64,000 nt of DNA. It comes from the human T2T-CHM13v2.0 reference genome, Homo sapiens. The first letter of the stretch is position 1. The number at the start of each line of letters is the position of its first letter. Shown piece by piece: positions 13,692-25,004 of the stretch. The position numbers were made by a program, and so were the translations under genes. The stretch is from assembly GCF_009914755.1 (NCBI RefSeq), contig NC_060940.1, one strand, 5' to 3'. Under the pieces are notes generated by a model. The model had not been told where the DNA came from, made no database searches, and worked only from the letters and a program-made list of their open reading frames with translations.

Positions 13692-14597
13692 TAGTTCTTC
13701 TCTAACTGTGATAGTCCACACTAATCTTTCCCTTCTTGCTACCTGTATGTTTGAGGTGACCTGCAATTCCCGCAGTTTAGTTCATCTTATGTCTTGTATT
13801 GGCCATAAGTACCTTGACTTGTAGGCCTGATTCCCCAAATAGGTTGGGTGCCCCGTGGAGGCCTCTCTACTTTTCCACCTGCAGTGGACATGGTCACTTA
13901 GTACCAGCTCCAGAGTGGCTCCCCTTCTCAGGGGCTGAGGGCTGAACCCTTCTTCCTCCTTTCTCTCCATTCCAGACAAAAATTCCCCAAAAAGAACAAA
14001 GGAAGTTGTTCATATTTTCTCTAAAAGAATAAAATGCAGAGAGAATCTACAACAGGGAACGAATGCTCCACACTTGTAGACATGAGGAGTGGAGAGAAGT
14101 GATGGGATTTGTAACAAGCCCACAAAAGGGCAATTTTCATTTGCCTTCGTTTGGGTCAAGGCTGTACAGCCTCCTTACCTCTGAGAGACACTGCCCTCCA
14201 CTTTCCCTCCAGAGCTGGGAGGACTGGGAACTTGGGAAGCCAGGGTGAATTTTCTCATTCCTTTCCACTTTTCCTCAATTCATTGTTGAGGAAATGGAGG
14301 GCTAGAGTCTTTCCTGCACCCTCTTTCCCACTGAAATTGGACACAGAATGAGGATAAAAGTTAATCTGCTAACTTCAACCCACTCCTCACATTCATCAGC
14401 AAAACCAGACTGTGCCTAGATGTCAAAACAAATCAAACCAAAAGCAAAGCAGGAATGACTGCAGTTAGACACCAAGGAGAACTGTGTTCTACATTGGGGT
14501 AGAACACAGAGAGGTGGCAGAGAGGAGCCATAGATATTTGAAGGAAAGGGAAAGGCTTTAATTACCATGGATTGAGCATGTGAGTGCGTGCGCACGT

Positions 14598-14624
14598 GCA
14601 CACACACACACACACACACACACA
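14598..14624. repeat. (CA)n microsatellite
   Basis: Direct reading. Confidence 0.95.
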
Positions 14625-15679
14625 TGTCTGGAGGCAGAGGAACCTGATCTCACCCTCTCTTGAGTTCTGAGCTACCATGAATAAGAAAAAGGGGCCAGTG
14701 GCTAAAGTGAATGGCCCACAGGTGAACGGCAGAAGATCTGAGGTCTGTGGCCCCACCTAGCTCTATGTCCGCTGCACTGGCTGCCTGGGAAAGTTAGGAA
14801 ATCTGAATTTTGGTTACCTCTGCTGGCCTTGGACAAGTTCATTCCCTTCTCTGGGCTTCATGCCTCCATCCTCAAAATGAGGGATCTGGACCAGATGGTC
14901 CCTAAGGAGCCCCCAGCCCTGCCTTCCAAGATGGTGTGAGTGCTTACTGTCTGCTGAGCCTGTTAGACACATTGCCTGCATGAGTGCCCAGCCTGAGTTG
15001 GTCATCCAGCCCCAGAGTTCACTCCAGGACATTCACCTCTGCTCCCTGAGTGCTGGGCAGGCCTCAGCCTCAGTGAGCCCGACATGCCATTTGGACACTG
15101 GCAATATCAGATGTGTGAGAAGGGACACCTGCCATTAGACTCCCTATCTCAGGACACAGAGAGCAATGGCGATGTGCCCTGTGGCCACACCCCCTCCTCC
15201 AGGTCACTCCTAGCTAAGAGGAATCCTGCAGCCCACTCTTCTAAGTGCACCATGCAGCCACCTCCAACAGCCACTGGCCTGAGTCCACTCTGCCATCAAA
15301 GAAGCCAAGGTAGCTGCTTACCCCACACCTGACAGAAGGCGCTATTCCATGGTTCAGCAAGGATGCCCTTCACCCCAGCTCTCCCAGTCCTCTCCAGCAG
15401 ATAAAGAACAGCTTCAGTCCACCTCTTCCAGGAAGCCTTCTCTGATTATGCTGGTCCACACTCATCTACCCCTTTCCTGAGGGCCTGTGCCACTTGCTCC
15501 CTGAGCCCCAGAAACACCATTAACCATTTGATTGCACACTCTTTTGAGACGCTGCTGCTTCTTAGCATTAACCTCGTCTCCTCAATCACAACGTAAACTC
15601 CGTGAGTACCACATAAAGCCCAGGATCTTGGAGGGACTGAATAAAACCTAAACCTTCCATATGCACGCACTTGGCAATT

Positions 15680-16463
15680 AAATTAATTAGGGGGAAAGCT
15701 AAGCTGCAGAAAATCCTCAATGTACAGATTTTCAAGAGCATGGAAGTCTATTTCTCTTTCTGGCAAAGCATGGCTGATGCTGCAGGAGCTATGCCTACAT
15801 CCCCTTGGTGCCCCATACCATTTCTGTACCCTCTGGCCCAGCTGCCCATGGCCAGCACTTGCATCTTTGCCCTTGGGCTGCCAACATTCACTCTGCTCAC
15901 AGCATGTGGAAGACTGGAGGTACCAGGGTCTGATGGGTGTCAGGATAAAACTGCCCCTGCTTCCTCACTCCCTGGCCTGCCCTAAAGCCTGTCTCACACG
16001 ATTTCCCAGATCCTCCCTATGGGATTAAGCTCTTGTCATCCACACTGTGGCTGCTTTTCCTTCTCTTTGTCCCCTCCCCACTCATCTGCCAGTGCTCCTG
16101 CCTCCCAAGCAAACTAATTCACTCAGTCCTCTTTTTAGTGCATGAACTGTACTAAGACAAGAGTGGCCCCAGGTCCCTTCCATCTTGTTGCTCTGCCCCA
16201 GCCCCCACATGTCCTCCTTCTCTGCATGGTGAAACTGTGTCCCAGGTATATCTGTGCTCCCGCTTACAGACAGGAAAACAGAAGATACTCAGGGAAGCAA
16301 TTTTCCTGTAAGTGAGTGAAGTAGAAGCTGCCCCCATCCCTTCCTTTCATATGCCTTTGGTGAGAATTTAGCTACAAGGGAGGCTGGAAACACGCCCAGT
16401 TTAAAATCTATTAATAAGGACAAGAAGAAACGATCGTGGTGGACAACATACAGTCTCTGCTAC
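15680..16463 (-). mobile_element. MLT1J-like LTR split by LTR33
   Basis: attag...gctaagctgc...gaagtctatttctct at 15680-15768. Resumes cccaggtcccttccatcttgttgctctgcc...gctacaagggaggctgg...cagtctctgctaca. Confidence 0.65.
15769..16159 (+). mobile_element. LTR33-like (ERVL) solo LTR
   Basis: tggctgatgctg start, gggattaagctc internal, ctcccaagcaaacta...actaagaca end. Confidence 0.65.
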
Positions 16464-17503
16464 AGAACTTGAATAATACTCACCCATTTATTGTGCTCCA
16501 AAATATGCCAAAACAAAGGTGCATGTCTTTCATGTGCTGCTTTGTTTAATTCTCACAACACAACAGAAGTGTTACTACTACTGTTTGCAGATAAAGAGAT
16601 GAAGGCACTGAGAATTTCAGTATCCTACCTGAAGTATCATATGAGCAAACCCAGATCTGGCTTATGGGTTTTCTATTCTGCGCTTATTCTGTTTTTTATT
16701 CCCATAAATGTATTTTATCTGGTGCAGTATCCCTACTTGGAAGGTGACAGAAAGGTGGGGCCAGGAAAGGGAAGAGACTGACCCAACTCACATAGAGAGC
16801 AAAACGCAGAACTGGGCCAGAATCCAGGGTCCTGGCCACTGACCTGCTGCTTTGTCTATGAAGCCTCCTCTGAGCCAGCTACCTCCAAACAGCTCCTGCC
16901 CAGACCCAGACCAGTGCCTATGGGGCTGCCAGGGAGAGGGATGTGTATTCTTTGGTCTAGTTGAATTCAGAGCCCCCATCTTAGACCACAGTTGCATCTG
17001 AAGTTTCTAAATAGAAAATCTACCAAGCAAGGTGACAGTGATGGCCCAGTGTCCCTTGTTACCTGTGCAGCATCCAATGCTGTCAGCTCACAGGCCTTGT
17101 ATCAACTCCCCGCCCCTCCCAGAAGTAGAGGAACATGTATTCTCATGGGCCTGACTGTCGGCATGCAGGCATCAGACAGGGAAGCAGGATTGGGCCACCA
17201 GGGTCCCCAGATCCTCCATGAAGTCATCTTCTCGCTGTCGTCAGTGTCAGTTGCCTAGCAACTGCCTTTGGCAGATGGTGGCACTGAGTGCATGCCAGTC
17301 TCTCCCATGGCTAAAAATACATTCCGACGACAACAGGTCTATTTTAAAAGATACAATGCGCTCCCAGCGTCTTTCCTTGTCTGTGAGGAGCTGTGCTGTG
17401 CCGGGTCTCTCTGGGCTTCTGATTTTGTCTGCTAGGGTGGAAGGGAGCATTCGAGGAAAAAAACAAAGGCCAGGCACCAAGGGGGTGCTCAGAAAGTTGT
17501 CAT

Positions 17504-17690
17504 GGAGGAGAAGGAGGAGGAGGACGAGGAGGAGGAATAGGAAAAGGAGGCAGAGGAGGAAGAGAAAGAGGAGAAGGAGAATGAGATGGATGAGGACATG
17601 GAGGAGGAGGAGAAGGAGGAAGACAAGGAGGAGGAGGAAGAGGAGGAAGAGAAGGAGCAGGGAAAAGACCAGGAGGAGGGAGAAGAAATA
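17504..17690. repeat. (GGA)n/(GAA)n purine-rich simple repeat
   Basis: About 185 bp, almost entirely A/G on the plus strand. Confidence 0.95.
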
Positions 17691-17986
17691 GCGACCTGGG
17701 AAGTAAATGTGTAGTGTTCAACAGCAAATCCTCTACTTTGGCTATATTCTTTACCTGCTGGAGTGTGGGGTTAAGGAAGAAAAAGCACAGACTCACAGAC
17801 GCCTAGAACTGGAAGAGACACAATCCCATTTCACCGTTGAGAAAACAGAGGCCCTGAGAGGTGAAGACAAAAAAGGCTCTTTGCCATTGTTCAGTGTGCA
17901 AGAACTGAGCCCCCAGGTGTGGGCATGAGGTCACAGACCTCCAGCTCCTCTTGCCTACCCACAGGCAGTTTTATCACCCAGCACCT

Positions 17987-18737
17987 TGTAACTGCCCTGG
18001 GTTCACCTTGCCGGCTGCCTAGACAGAGCAGATTTATCAAGACAGGGGAATTGCAATGGAGAAAGAGTAATTCATGCAGAGCTGGTTGTGCGGGAGACCG
18101 GAATTTTATTATTACTCAAATCAGTTTCCCCGAGCATTCAGGGATCAGAGTTTTTCAGATAATTTGGCAGGTAGAAGCTTGGGAAGTGGGGAGTGCTGAT
18201 TGGTCAGGCTGGAAATGGAATCATAGGGGGGTCGAAGTGAGTTTTTCTTGCTGTCTGAAGTGAGTTTTTCTTGCTGTCTTCTGTTCCTGGGTGCAATGGC
18301 AGAACTGGTTGAGCCAGATTGCCGGTCTGGGTGGTGTCAGCTGATCCATGGAGTGCAGGGTCTGCAAAATATCTCAAGCACTGGTCTTAGGGTTTACAGT
18401 AGTGATGTCATCCCCAGGAGCAATTTGGGGAGGTTCAGGCTCTTGGAGCCAGAGGCTGCATGACCCCTGAACTGTAATTTGTAATCTGTAGCTGATCTGT
18501 TAGTCCTGCAAAAGCAGACTGGTCCCCAGGAAAGAAGAGGGTCTTTTCGGGAAAGGGCTATTATCTATTTTGTTTCAGAGTCAAACCATGAACTGAATCC
18601 CTTCCCAAAGTTAGTTCAGCCTATGCCCAGGAATGAACAAGGACAGCTTAAAGGTTAGAAGCAAGATGGAGTCAGTTAGATCTGATTTCTTTCACTGTTA
18701 TAATTTCCTCAGTTATAAATTTGCAAAGGCAGTTTCA
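17987..18737 (-). mobile_element. LTR8-family (LTR8A/B) ERV1 solo LTR
   Basis: tgtaactgccc...cctagacagagcagatttatcaagacaggggaattgcaat...ttgcaaaggcagtttca. Perfect 4-bp TSD acct at 17983-17986 and 18738-18741. Internal 23-bp tandem duplication at 18234-18279. Confidence 0.9.
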
Positions 18738-19063
18738 ACCTCGCCAACTCAGTCTTTCTGTTTAATCACCATCATCTGCAGCCTTCCCTGGTACAAAGAG
18801 AGTATCAAGTCCCTTCATGAATGCATTTAGTCATTCATTTATTTAACAAATATTTATTAAGCATCTACTGCCATATGGTGCCAGGCCTTGGAGATACAGC
18901 AGGAAACAAATCCACACTGTTCCCACGTCATGTTGCCTGCAGCTCACTAGGTGAGGCAGGCAGTGAGCTGGCAAGCACAGGGTGCCCTGTGCTGCAGAAA
19001 TCAGAGTCAGATCCACATCCGGGCCTACTTACTAGCTCTGCAGCCACAGACTTACCACTTAAT

Positions 19064-19220
19064 CAGGGCTGCAAGATAAAATACAGGAGGTCCAGTTAAA
19101 TGTGAATTTCTAGTAAATTACAATATTTAAAAATATAAGTATGTCTCCAGTATTGTATTACCTAAAGTTCAACTTTTACAGGGCCTCCTATATTTTTATT
19201 TGCAAAATCTGGCAACCCTA
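19064..19220. mobile_element. MER53 (hAT MITE) inserted in a MIR (~18990-19320)
   Basis: Terminal inverted repeats cagggctgcaagat and atctggcaacccta. 8-bp TSD cacttaat/cccttaat. Confidence 0.85.
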
Positions 19221-19782
19221 CCCTTAATATCACTTTTGTTCAGTTTCCTCACCTATAAAATGGGGAAAATAGTATCTACTTACAGATAATCTCTTTGCAT
19301 TAAATGAAAATATGTATATATCTGTGACTGGCAGGTAAATGTCACTTTCTCCCCTCTTCAAGAAGGACTTAACCAGGGGGGTTGGCCTGGCAAATGATGT
19401 GTCTGACCCATTGGTTCAAAAATCAGGATTTTGTGTTAGCCCAGCTGTCTCCCCACGGTCTGGTAGTAGGTGGTGGGTGGGGGTAACTCTGCTGTATCCT
19501 GAGGCTACGCCAGGGGATGAAGGAAATCTAAAGTTGACACCTGACTTAGAAAGAAACCAGGAACCAACCAGTTCTCTGGGAGTACGTGTCTGGCTGGGGA
19601 TGCTTGCTAAGGACACCCAGGGTTCTATCTAAGACTCACTGCATCAGAATGTCTAGGGAAGGACATGCCCTTTAAACGAAATCCCTGATAACTTTCTGGA
19701 CTCTAACGTTTGAGAATTGCTGGTCTGGGGAGCAGGGAGGAATTGCTGTCCCTGGAGAGGCACGATCCCAAAGGGCTGCTTT

Positions 19783-20030
19783 AGAATGTGGGATCCTGGC
19801 CTGGATCCTGGAACAGAAAAAGGACACTAGTGGGAAACTGGGTGAAATCGGAAAAACGTCAGCAGTTTAGTTAATGGTATTGTACCCTCGTTAATTTTTT
19901 AGTTTTGACCCTTGTGCTGTGGTTACATAAGATGTTAACATTAGGGAAAGCTCAGTGACGGGCATATGGGAACTCTGTGCTATTATCACTACTCTTGTGT
20001 AAATCTCAAATTAGTTCTAAATAAAAAGTT
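19783..20030 (+). mobile_element. L1MC4/5-type 3' end
   Basis: tggatcctggaacagaaaaaggac...gatgttaacattaggg...tgggaactctgt...aaataaaaagtt. Confidence 0.8.
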
Positions 20031-20940
20031 GTTTTTTTTTTTTCTTTTAAGCTTCCTTTGGCTCAAAGCCTGCATTGGGCCTTTCCCCAGTCCCATTGTG
20101 CATCAGAGACCAGTCTGTGTGTTGATATTACTCCAGGCTGGAATTAGTTAAGCAAGTGCAGGTAGCCACCCCCACCCCCAAACACACACCAGGTACCGGG
20201 AGAGCATTTGCTTCTCCTCATTGCCATTCACACTGGGGCTTAAATGTCAGCCCCAATGAATTACATTTTAATCTGTCTAAGTGATCAACCTGGCCAAGGC
20301 CCTAATTGGATGCCAGGCACACCCGCTGAATGACATGCATAATTCATCAGCTGGGAGGCTGCAGAAGGGCTTTCATCCTGGGCCAGGGAAGCGGGAGGAA
20401 AAGAAGGAGGGAAAGGAGAGAAAAGAGCAGTGGAAGGGGGTGGAGAAGGGAGGAGAGAGAAAAGAAAGGGGGAGGACAAGGGAGATAACTGGAAGGAGAA
20501 AGGTGAGATGTTTGGGGAGGGGAAAAGCTGGACAGTGGGAAACTTGGAAGGGAAGAGTTGGAGGAGAAATAGCAGGTGGGGTTGGAGGGGAGGGCAGGAA
20601 GAGGCCTGGAATATCTGATCATTGTGCTAACAACAAGGTCTTTAAGCTCCGCTAGAGGCCACCTCCTCCAGGAAGTCTTCATTCACTCCCCCAGGCGACC
20701 TTGGGCCCTCCTTCTCTCTCTCCCTTAATGCCAGGATGTACCTCTGTTTCACTTTGACTACTCACAGGTCCTATAATGTTTATGAAATCATCTGTCCCTC
20801 TCCAGACCCTGGATTCTCTCCCGTTTGCATGATGTCTGACTTGATGATGGATCACCATGGCCTGGCAGAGTCCCTGTGCAAAGCATTGAATGGCTGAAGG
20901 ATAGATCTCTAGTTCAGACAATACAAAGAAACTATCTTAA

Positions 20941-21572
20941 CATCACTATCCAATGGGTTCTTCTTGCTCACCACACAGACAAAACCAGACAGTGGCATTG
21001 CAATAAAGAAACAGTTTAATAGACACAAGACCAGCCACACCATATGGCAGACAGAAGTATTACTCAAATCAATCTCCGAAAACTCAGAGGCTAGGGTTTT
21101 TCAATGGTTGTTTGGCAAGCCAGGGATTCTACTTCTGGGTGGGGGCCACAGGACCAGTTGGGTCAGGGCAGGTCCAGGTACAGCCATTGGTACTCAGAAA
21201 TGCAAACACCTGAAAAGACATATCAAATGGCCAATCTTAGGATCTAAGGTAGCGATGTTATCTGCAGGAGTAATTGGGAAAGCTACATATCTTGTGACTC
21301 CTGGAATAATGACTGGTAATGGTTTATGTCTACACCCTAGCAGAATTCAGCCTCCTCACATCCTCTTAACCTGGTGGCCTTTCATTAGCTTTACAAAGGT
21401 GGTTGAGTTTTGGAGAAAGCCTATTATCATTTATACTATAAACTATTTCCCAAAGTTAGCTTGGACTAAGCCCAGGAATGAGTGAAGACAGCCAGCCTAT
21501 GAGGCTAGAAGCAAGATGGAGTCAGCCATGTCAGATTTATCTTATTATCATAATTTTGCAAAAGCGATTTCA
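20941..21572 (-). mobile_element. MER39/MER49-like (MER4-group ERV1) solo LTR
   Basis: Related to LTR8 (tactcaaatc, cccaggaatga, gaagcaagatggagtcag, ttttgcaaaagcgatttca). TSD ttaa at 20937-20940 and 21573-21576. Exact family uncertain. Confidence 0.8.
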
Positions 21573-21879
21573 TTAACTAATTAACCCAAATAGGATTTAA
21601 ACCACATGAGCCCCCTGGCTCTGCCATCAAACTTGCTTCAGCTATGGCAGTCAAGTTCCCTAACACCACCCTCTACTCAGCCCTAACCTCTGTCTTCCTC
21701 TCCTGCCTCCCATTTCCAGAGACCAAGAACCACACAGGAAAGTAAACACAGCTTTAGTGGAAATGAAAGGGAAAGTCCATATTTCTTTGGACACACCTCC
21801 TGCTGCCTAGTCAGGAACACAATCACTTCCCTGCTCCCTGCTTTCCCCAGTCCTCTCCAACAGGCCTTCTCTTCCACTC

Positions 21880-22935
21880 CAGCTGCTGGTCCAGGTTGCC
21901 AATCAACTCCCTGTGGTCAAAGTCAGTGACATCTTCTCAGAGGTATTCACCTTAACTGAACTCACAGCAGCATAGACTTCTCTCCTTGACACAATTTTCT
22001 CCTGACTCCTGACACCACACCCTTCTGCTCTTCCTCCTTCCACCTTGGCATCTTTATGCCCATTCACTCTGCTAAATTTCCCTTGTTTGGCCAAACCTTG
22101 AAGGCAGGCAACCCCCAAGGCTCACTCCTCAGAGCTCTGCTCTCCTCTGATCACTGTTCTTACTTTAATCATCTTATCCAGTTCCATGGTTTTAAGTGCC
22201 ATCAAATACTAATGGTTGCTAAACACTTACTCCACCTTTGACCTCTCCCTTAAGCTCCAAGCACAAATATTCATTTGAATGTCTGTACTAGTTACCTATT
22301 GCTGCCTCACAAATTACCCCCTAAATTTAGTGGTTTAAAACAATGAATACTTTTTATGTCACATTTTCTGTAAGTGAGAAATCTAGTGCCACTTATCTGG
22401 GTGCTTCTAACTGAGGTTCTCTCATAAGATTATGGTCATGCTGTTGGCTGGAGCTGCAGTCTCATCTGAAGGTGTAACCAAGGGAAACTTTGCTTCCAAA
22501 CTCACCCATGTGGTTGTTGGCAGGGTTCTGTTCCTGGTAGGTCATTGGACCAGGGGTCTCAGTTCCTCACTGGCCATTGGCCAAATGCCTTCTACAGATC
22601 CTTGCCATGTAGGCATCTCAGGCAGCTAACAGAGGGGCAACTGGCTTGCTTCAGGGCAAGGGAATGAGAGAACAAGAAAGAGTACCCAAAACAGAAGCCA
22701 TGGTTGTAAGCTCATCTCAGGTTCCATCACCTCTGCCAAATTCTGCTTGCTAGAAGTGAGTCATTAAATCCAGCCCACACTCAAGGATAGCGAATTACAG
22801 AGGGCATGAACAGCAGGACACAGGGGTCACTGAGGCCATCTTAAACATACATATAAAATGAAGTATGTCCACAACAGAATTGATTTTCCCCATCCCAAAC
22901 TTCTCCCTCAAGTTTTTCCTATCTTAAGAAATAAT
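21880..22935 (+). mobile_element. L2 LINE fragment split by MLT1F
   Basis: ctcacagcagca...tgacaccacaccct...atcttatccagttccatggttttaagtgccatc...gacctctcccctaagctcca. Confidence 0.7.
22285..22845 (-). mobile_element. MLT1F-like MaLR LTR
   Basis: tgtactagttacctattgctg...gctgcagtctcatctgaagg...gcttccaaactcacccatgtggttgttggc...ccagcccacactcaagg. Confidence 0.8.
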
Positions 22936-23440
22936 GTAGCAGCATTGTCATAATTGTGCTGTCAACTGGATAAGTTGAAACTGTAGCTCTCAGAATCCCC
23001 CTATTGCATGGTTCTGGGAGAGAATTGGCCAAAATAGGAACTTGCACAAGATTTGGAAAGTAGGAAGTGAAGCAGCAGTCAGCATCCTTGAAAGTTCATC
23101 ATAGTCAGATATGCTGATGGGCAGGCACAGAGGTACCTGGAGTATCTCTGCTTGACCCCATGCTCTTCTATTTTGTGTCCAGCTTGTCTTTCTAATGGTA
23201 GGTCTCGCTGACCAACATCTACCCAAGGCTCACCTCCAGAGGCATGGCTGCAGGCCCAGAGAGGTACAAACTGCACAGAGGCAGCAGTATCCCATCACCC
23301 TCTACATGAGCTCTTCTCATGGCCTCCCCTTGGTGGCTGGATGTGCTGGGTTTCTTGAATATGTCCAACTACTGTTCCAACTATAATAAATCCGTCATTC
23401 CATAATAATCATAATGCTGGCTCCCTCTTATCTCAATTGA
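22935..23440 (+). mobile_element. LTR41/LTR52-like ERVL LTR
   Basis: cataattgtgctgtca...cagaatcccc...agatttggaaagtaggaagtgaagcagcag...ataataaatcc. Confidence 0.65.
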
Positions 23441-25004
23441 AATATCTCTTCCCCAGAGAGGCCTTTCCTGGATTTACCTCCCTGCCTATGTTCTATTCTT
23501 CCCATACCATTAGATTCTGAAAGAAATAATCATCACTAATCCTTACCAACTTCTTATCATTTCCCACATATGGCACTATATACTTTAACTATGCCATCGC
23601 AGATCATTGTAACATCATTCTTGTAATAAAGGGTGTGACTATTCCTATTTTCAATGGGGAAAAGAAGGCAAAAAGAGGTGAAGTTATTTGCCCAGGAGCT
23701 TACAGATAAGCAAGCAAATTGATGGTAAGAAGGGGATCTGAAACCACTTCTGCCTGACTTCTAACACATTCTCTCCATCACATTATAATGCTTCCCCATG
23801 TCTGAATCTGGAGTTGGGAGTTTCTTAGCCTCTCAATCTCAAGGTCTTCATTTGTAAACTACAGGCACCTCATAGAATGATCATGAGCATTCATGGTTCT
23901 TAGCAAACTTTTATCCCTTCCCACTTCCCCACCCCTACAAATCTCAAAATCCAGGGTGAGTATCTCTACCAGGGTGGGTCTTCAGAGTGTAATCAAGGTC
24001 TGAGCAGAGGATCTATGGGTCTATCCCATCTTATGGGGCAGATTTCATCCTGGAGCCTTGGAAGCATCCTACAGGACCCCCTATCTACCCCACTCCATCT
24101 CTAATCGGCTGAGACCCAACTCTCAGCCACATAGAGTCAGTCACAGAAGGCTGAGGGCTGGGCACCAAGCCTTCTGCTGGGCAATGAGTCCCTGAACAGG
24201 CTGAGTCGCCCCAGGGCACAGGCCTCCCTTCCTTCATGGCCTTCACCAGCTTTTTGTGTCAGGCCCTCAAGGCTTACGTGAAACTCTTCTGAGCTTTGTG
24301 CAACATATGAAGACATATAGTCAGAGAAACAGACTCATAATTTGTCAGGTCAAAGGGCTATGGAGAAGCTAGAGTCACTTGGGTGCCACTGTGATTAGTT
24401 TCATGTCCATTGCCTGCTGGTTAAAGCCTGAGGTCTTCGCCTACCACCCAGGGCCCTCTGGAATCTGTCTTTAGCCAGGATTCCCTACCCAAATGATTTT
24501 ATCTTCGCTTTCCTCAGGAAGTATGGACTCTTTTGCTCCTACGACTCTCAGCCCAGAACCCTGCACCCTCCTGGTGACCTCCCTTTGTCTCTTTACCTGC
24601 TTTCTACCCTTGTTCAAAGGTACACGTCAAAGCCACTAGCCACATACTGATGAAACAACCTTTGTGAATGATTTTCTTTTAAGATTTAGAAAAATCTAGA
24701 AAAATCACTACTTTTAAAAAATCAATTTATACATTCCAAAAATGTTTTCCCATCTGTTGTCTCATTTTATCTACCAAAAATTATTAGGTGAGTTGGACAT
24801 AAACCAACCCAACTGTAGAATTGTGGAAATAATCATAGCTGGCACATTTGAGCTCCTTCTTTTTGCCCGGCAGTGTGCCAGGCACTTTCCATGAGTTAAA
24901 TACAGTGTGTCCTTCCAGGAGTCCTGAAAGGCAGCTATAGTTATTATCCCTATTCTCCAGAAGAGAAAACTGAGGTTCAGAAATATTTAAGAATGCCTGA
25001 GTCT

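Noticed and set aside
17218-17691. 157-aa ORF with a protamine-like Arg/Lys tail
   Set aside because: The tail is only the translation of the (GGA)n repeat. No homology or gene structure.
20964-21485. 173-aa ORF
   Set aside because: Lies entirely within a solo LTR, antisense, with a non-ATG start.
17987-21572. LTR8 and MER39-like LTR as two ends of one provirus
   Set aside because: Different families, each with its own TSD, and no internal retroviral sequence between them.
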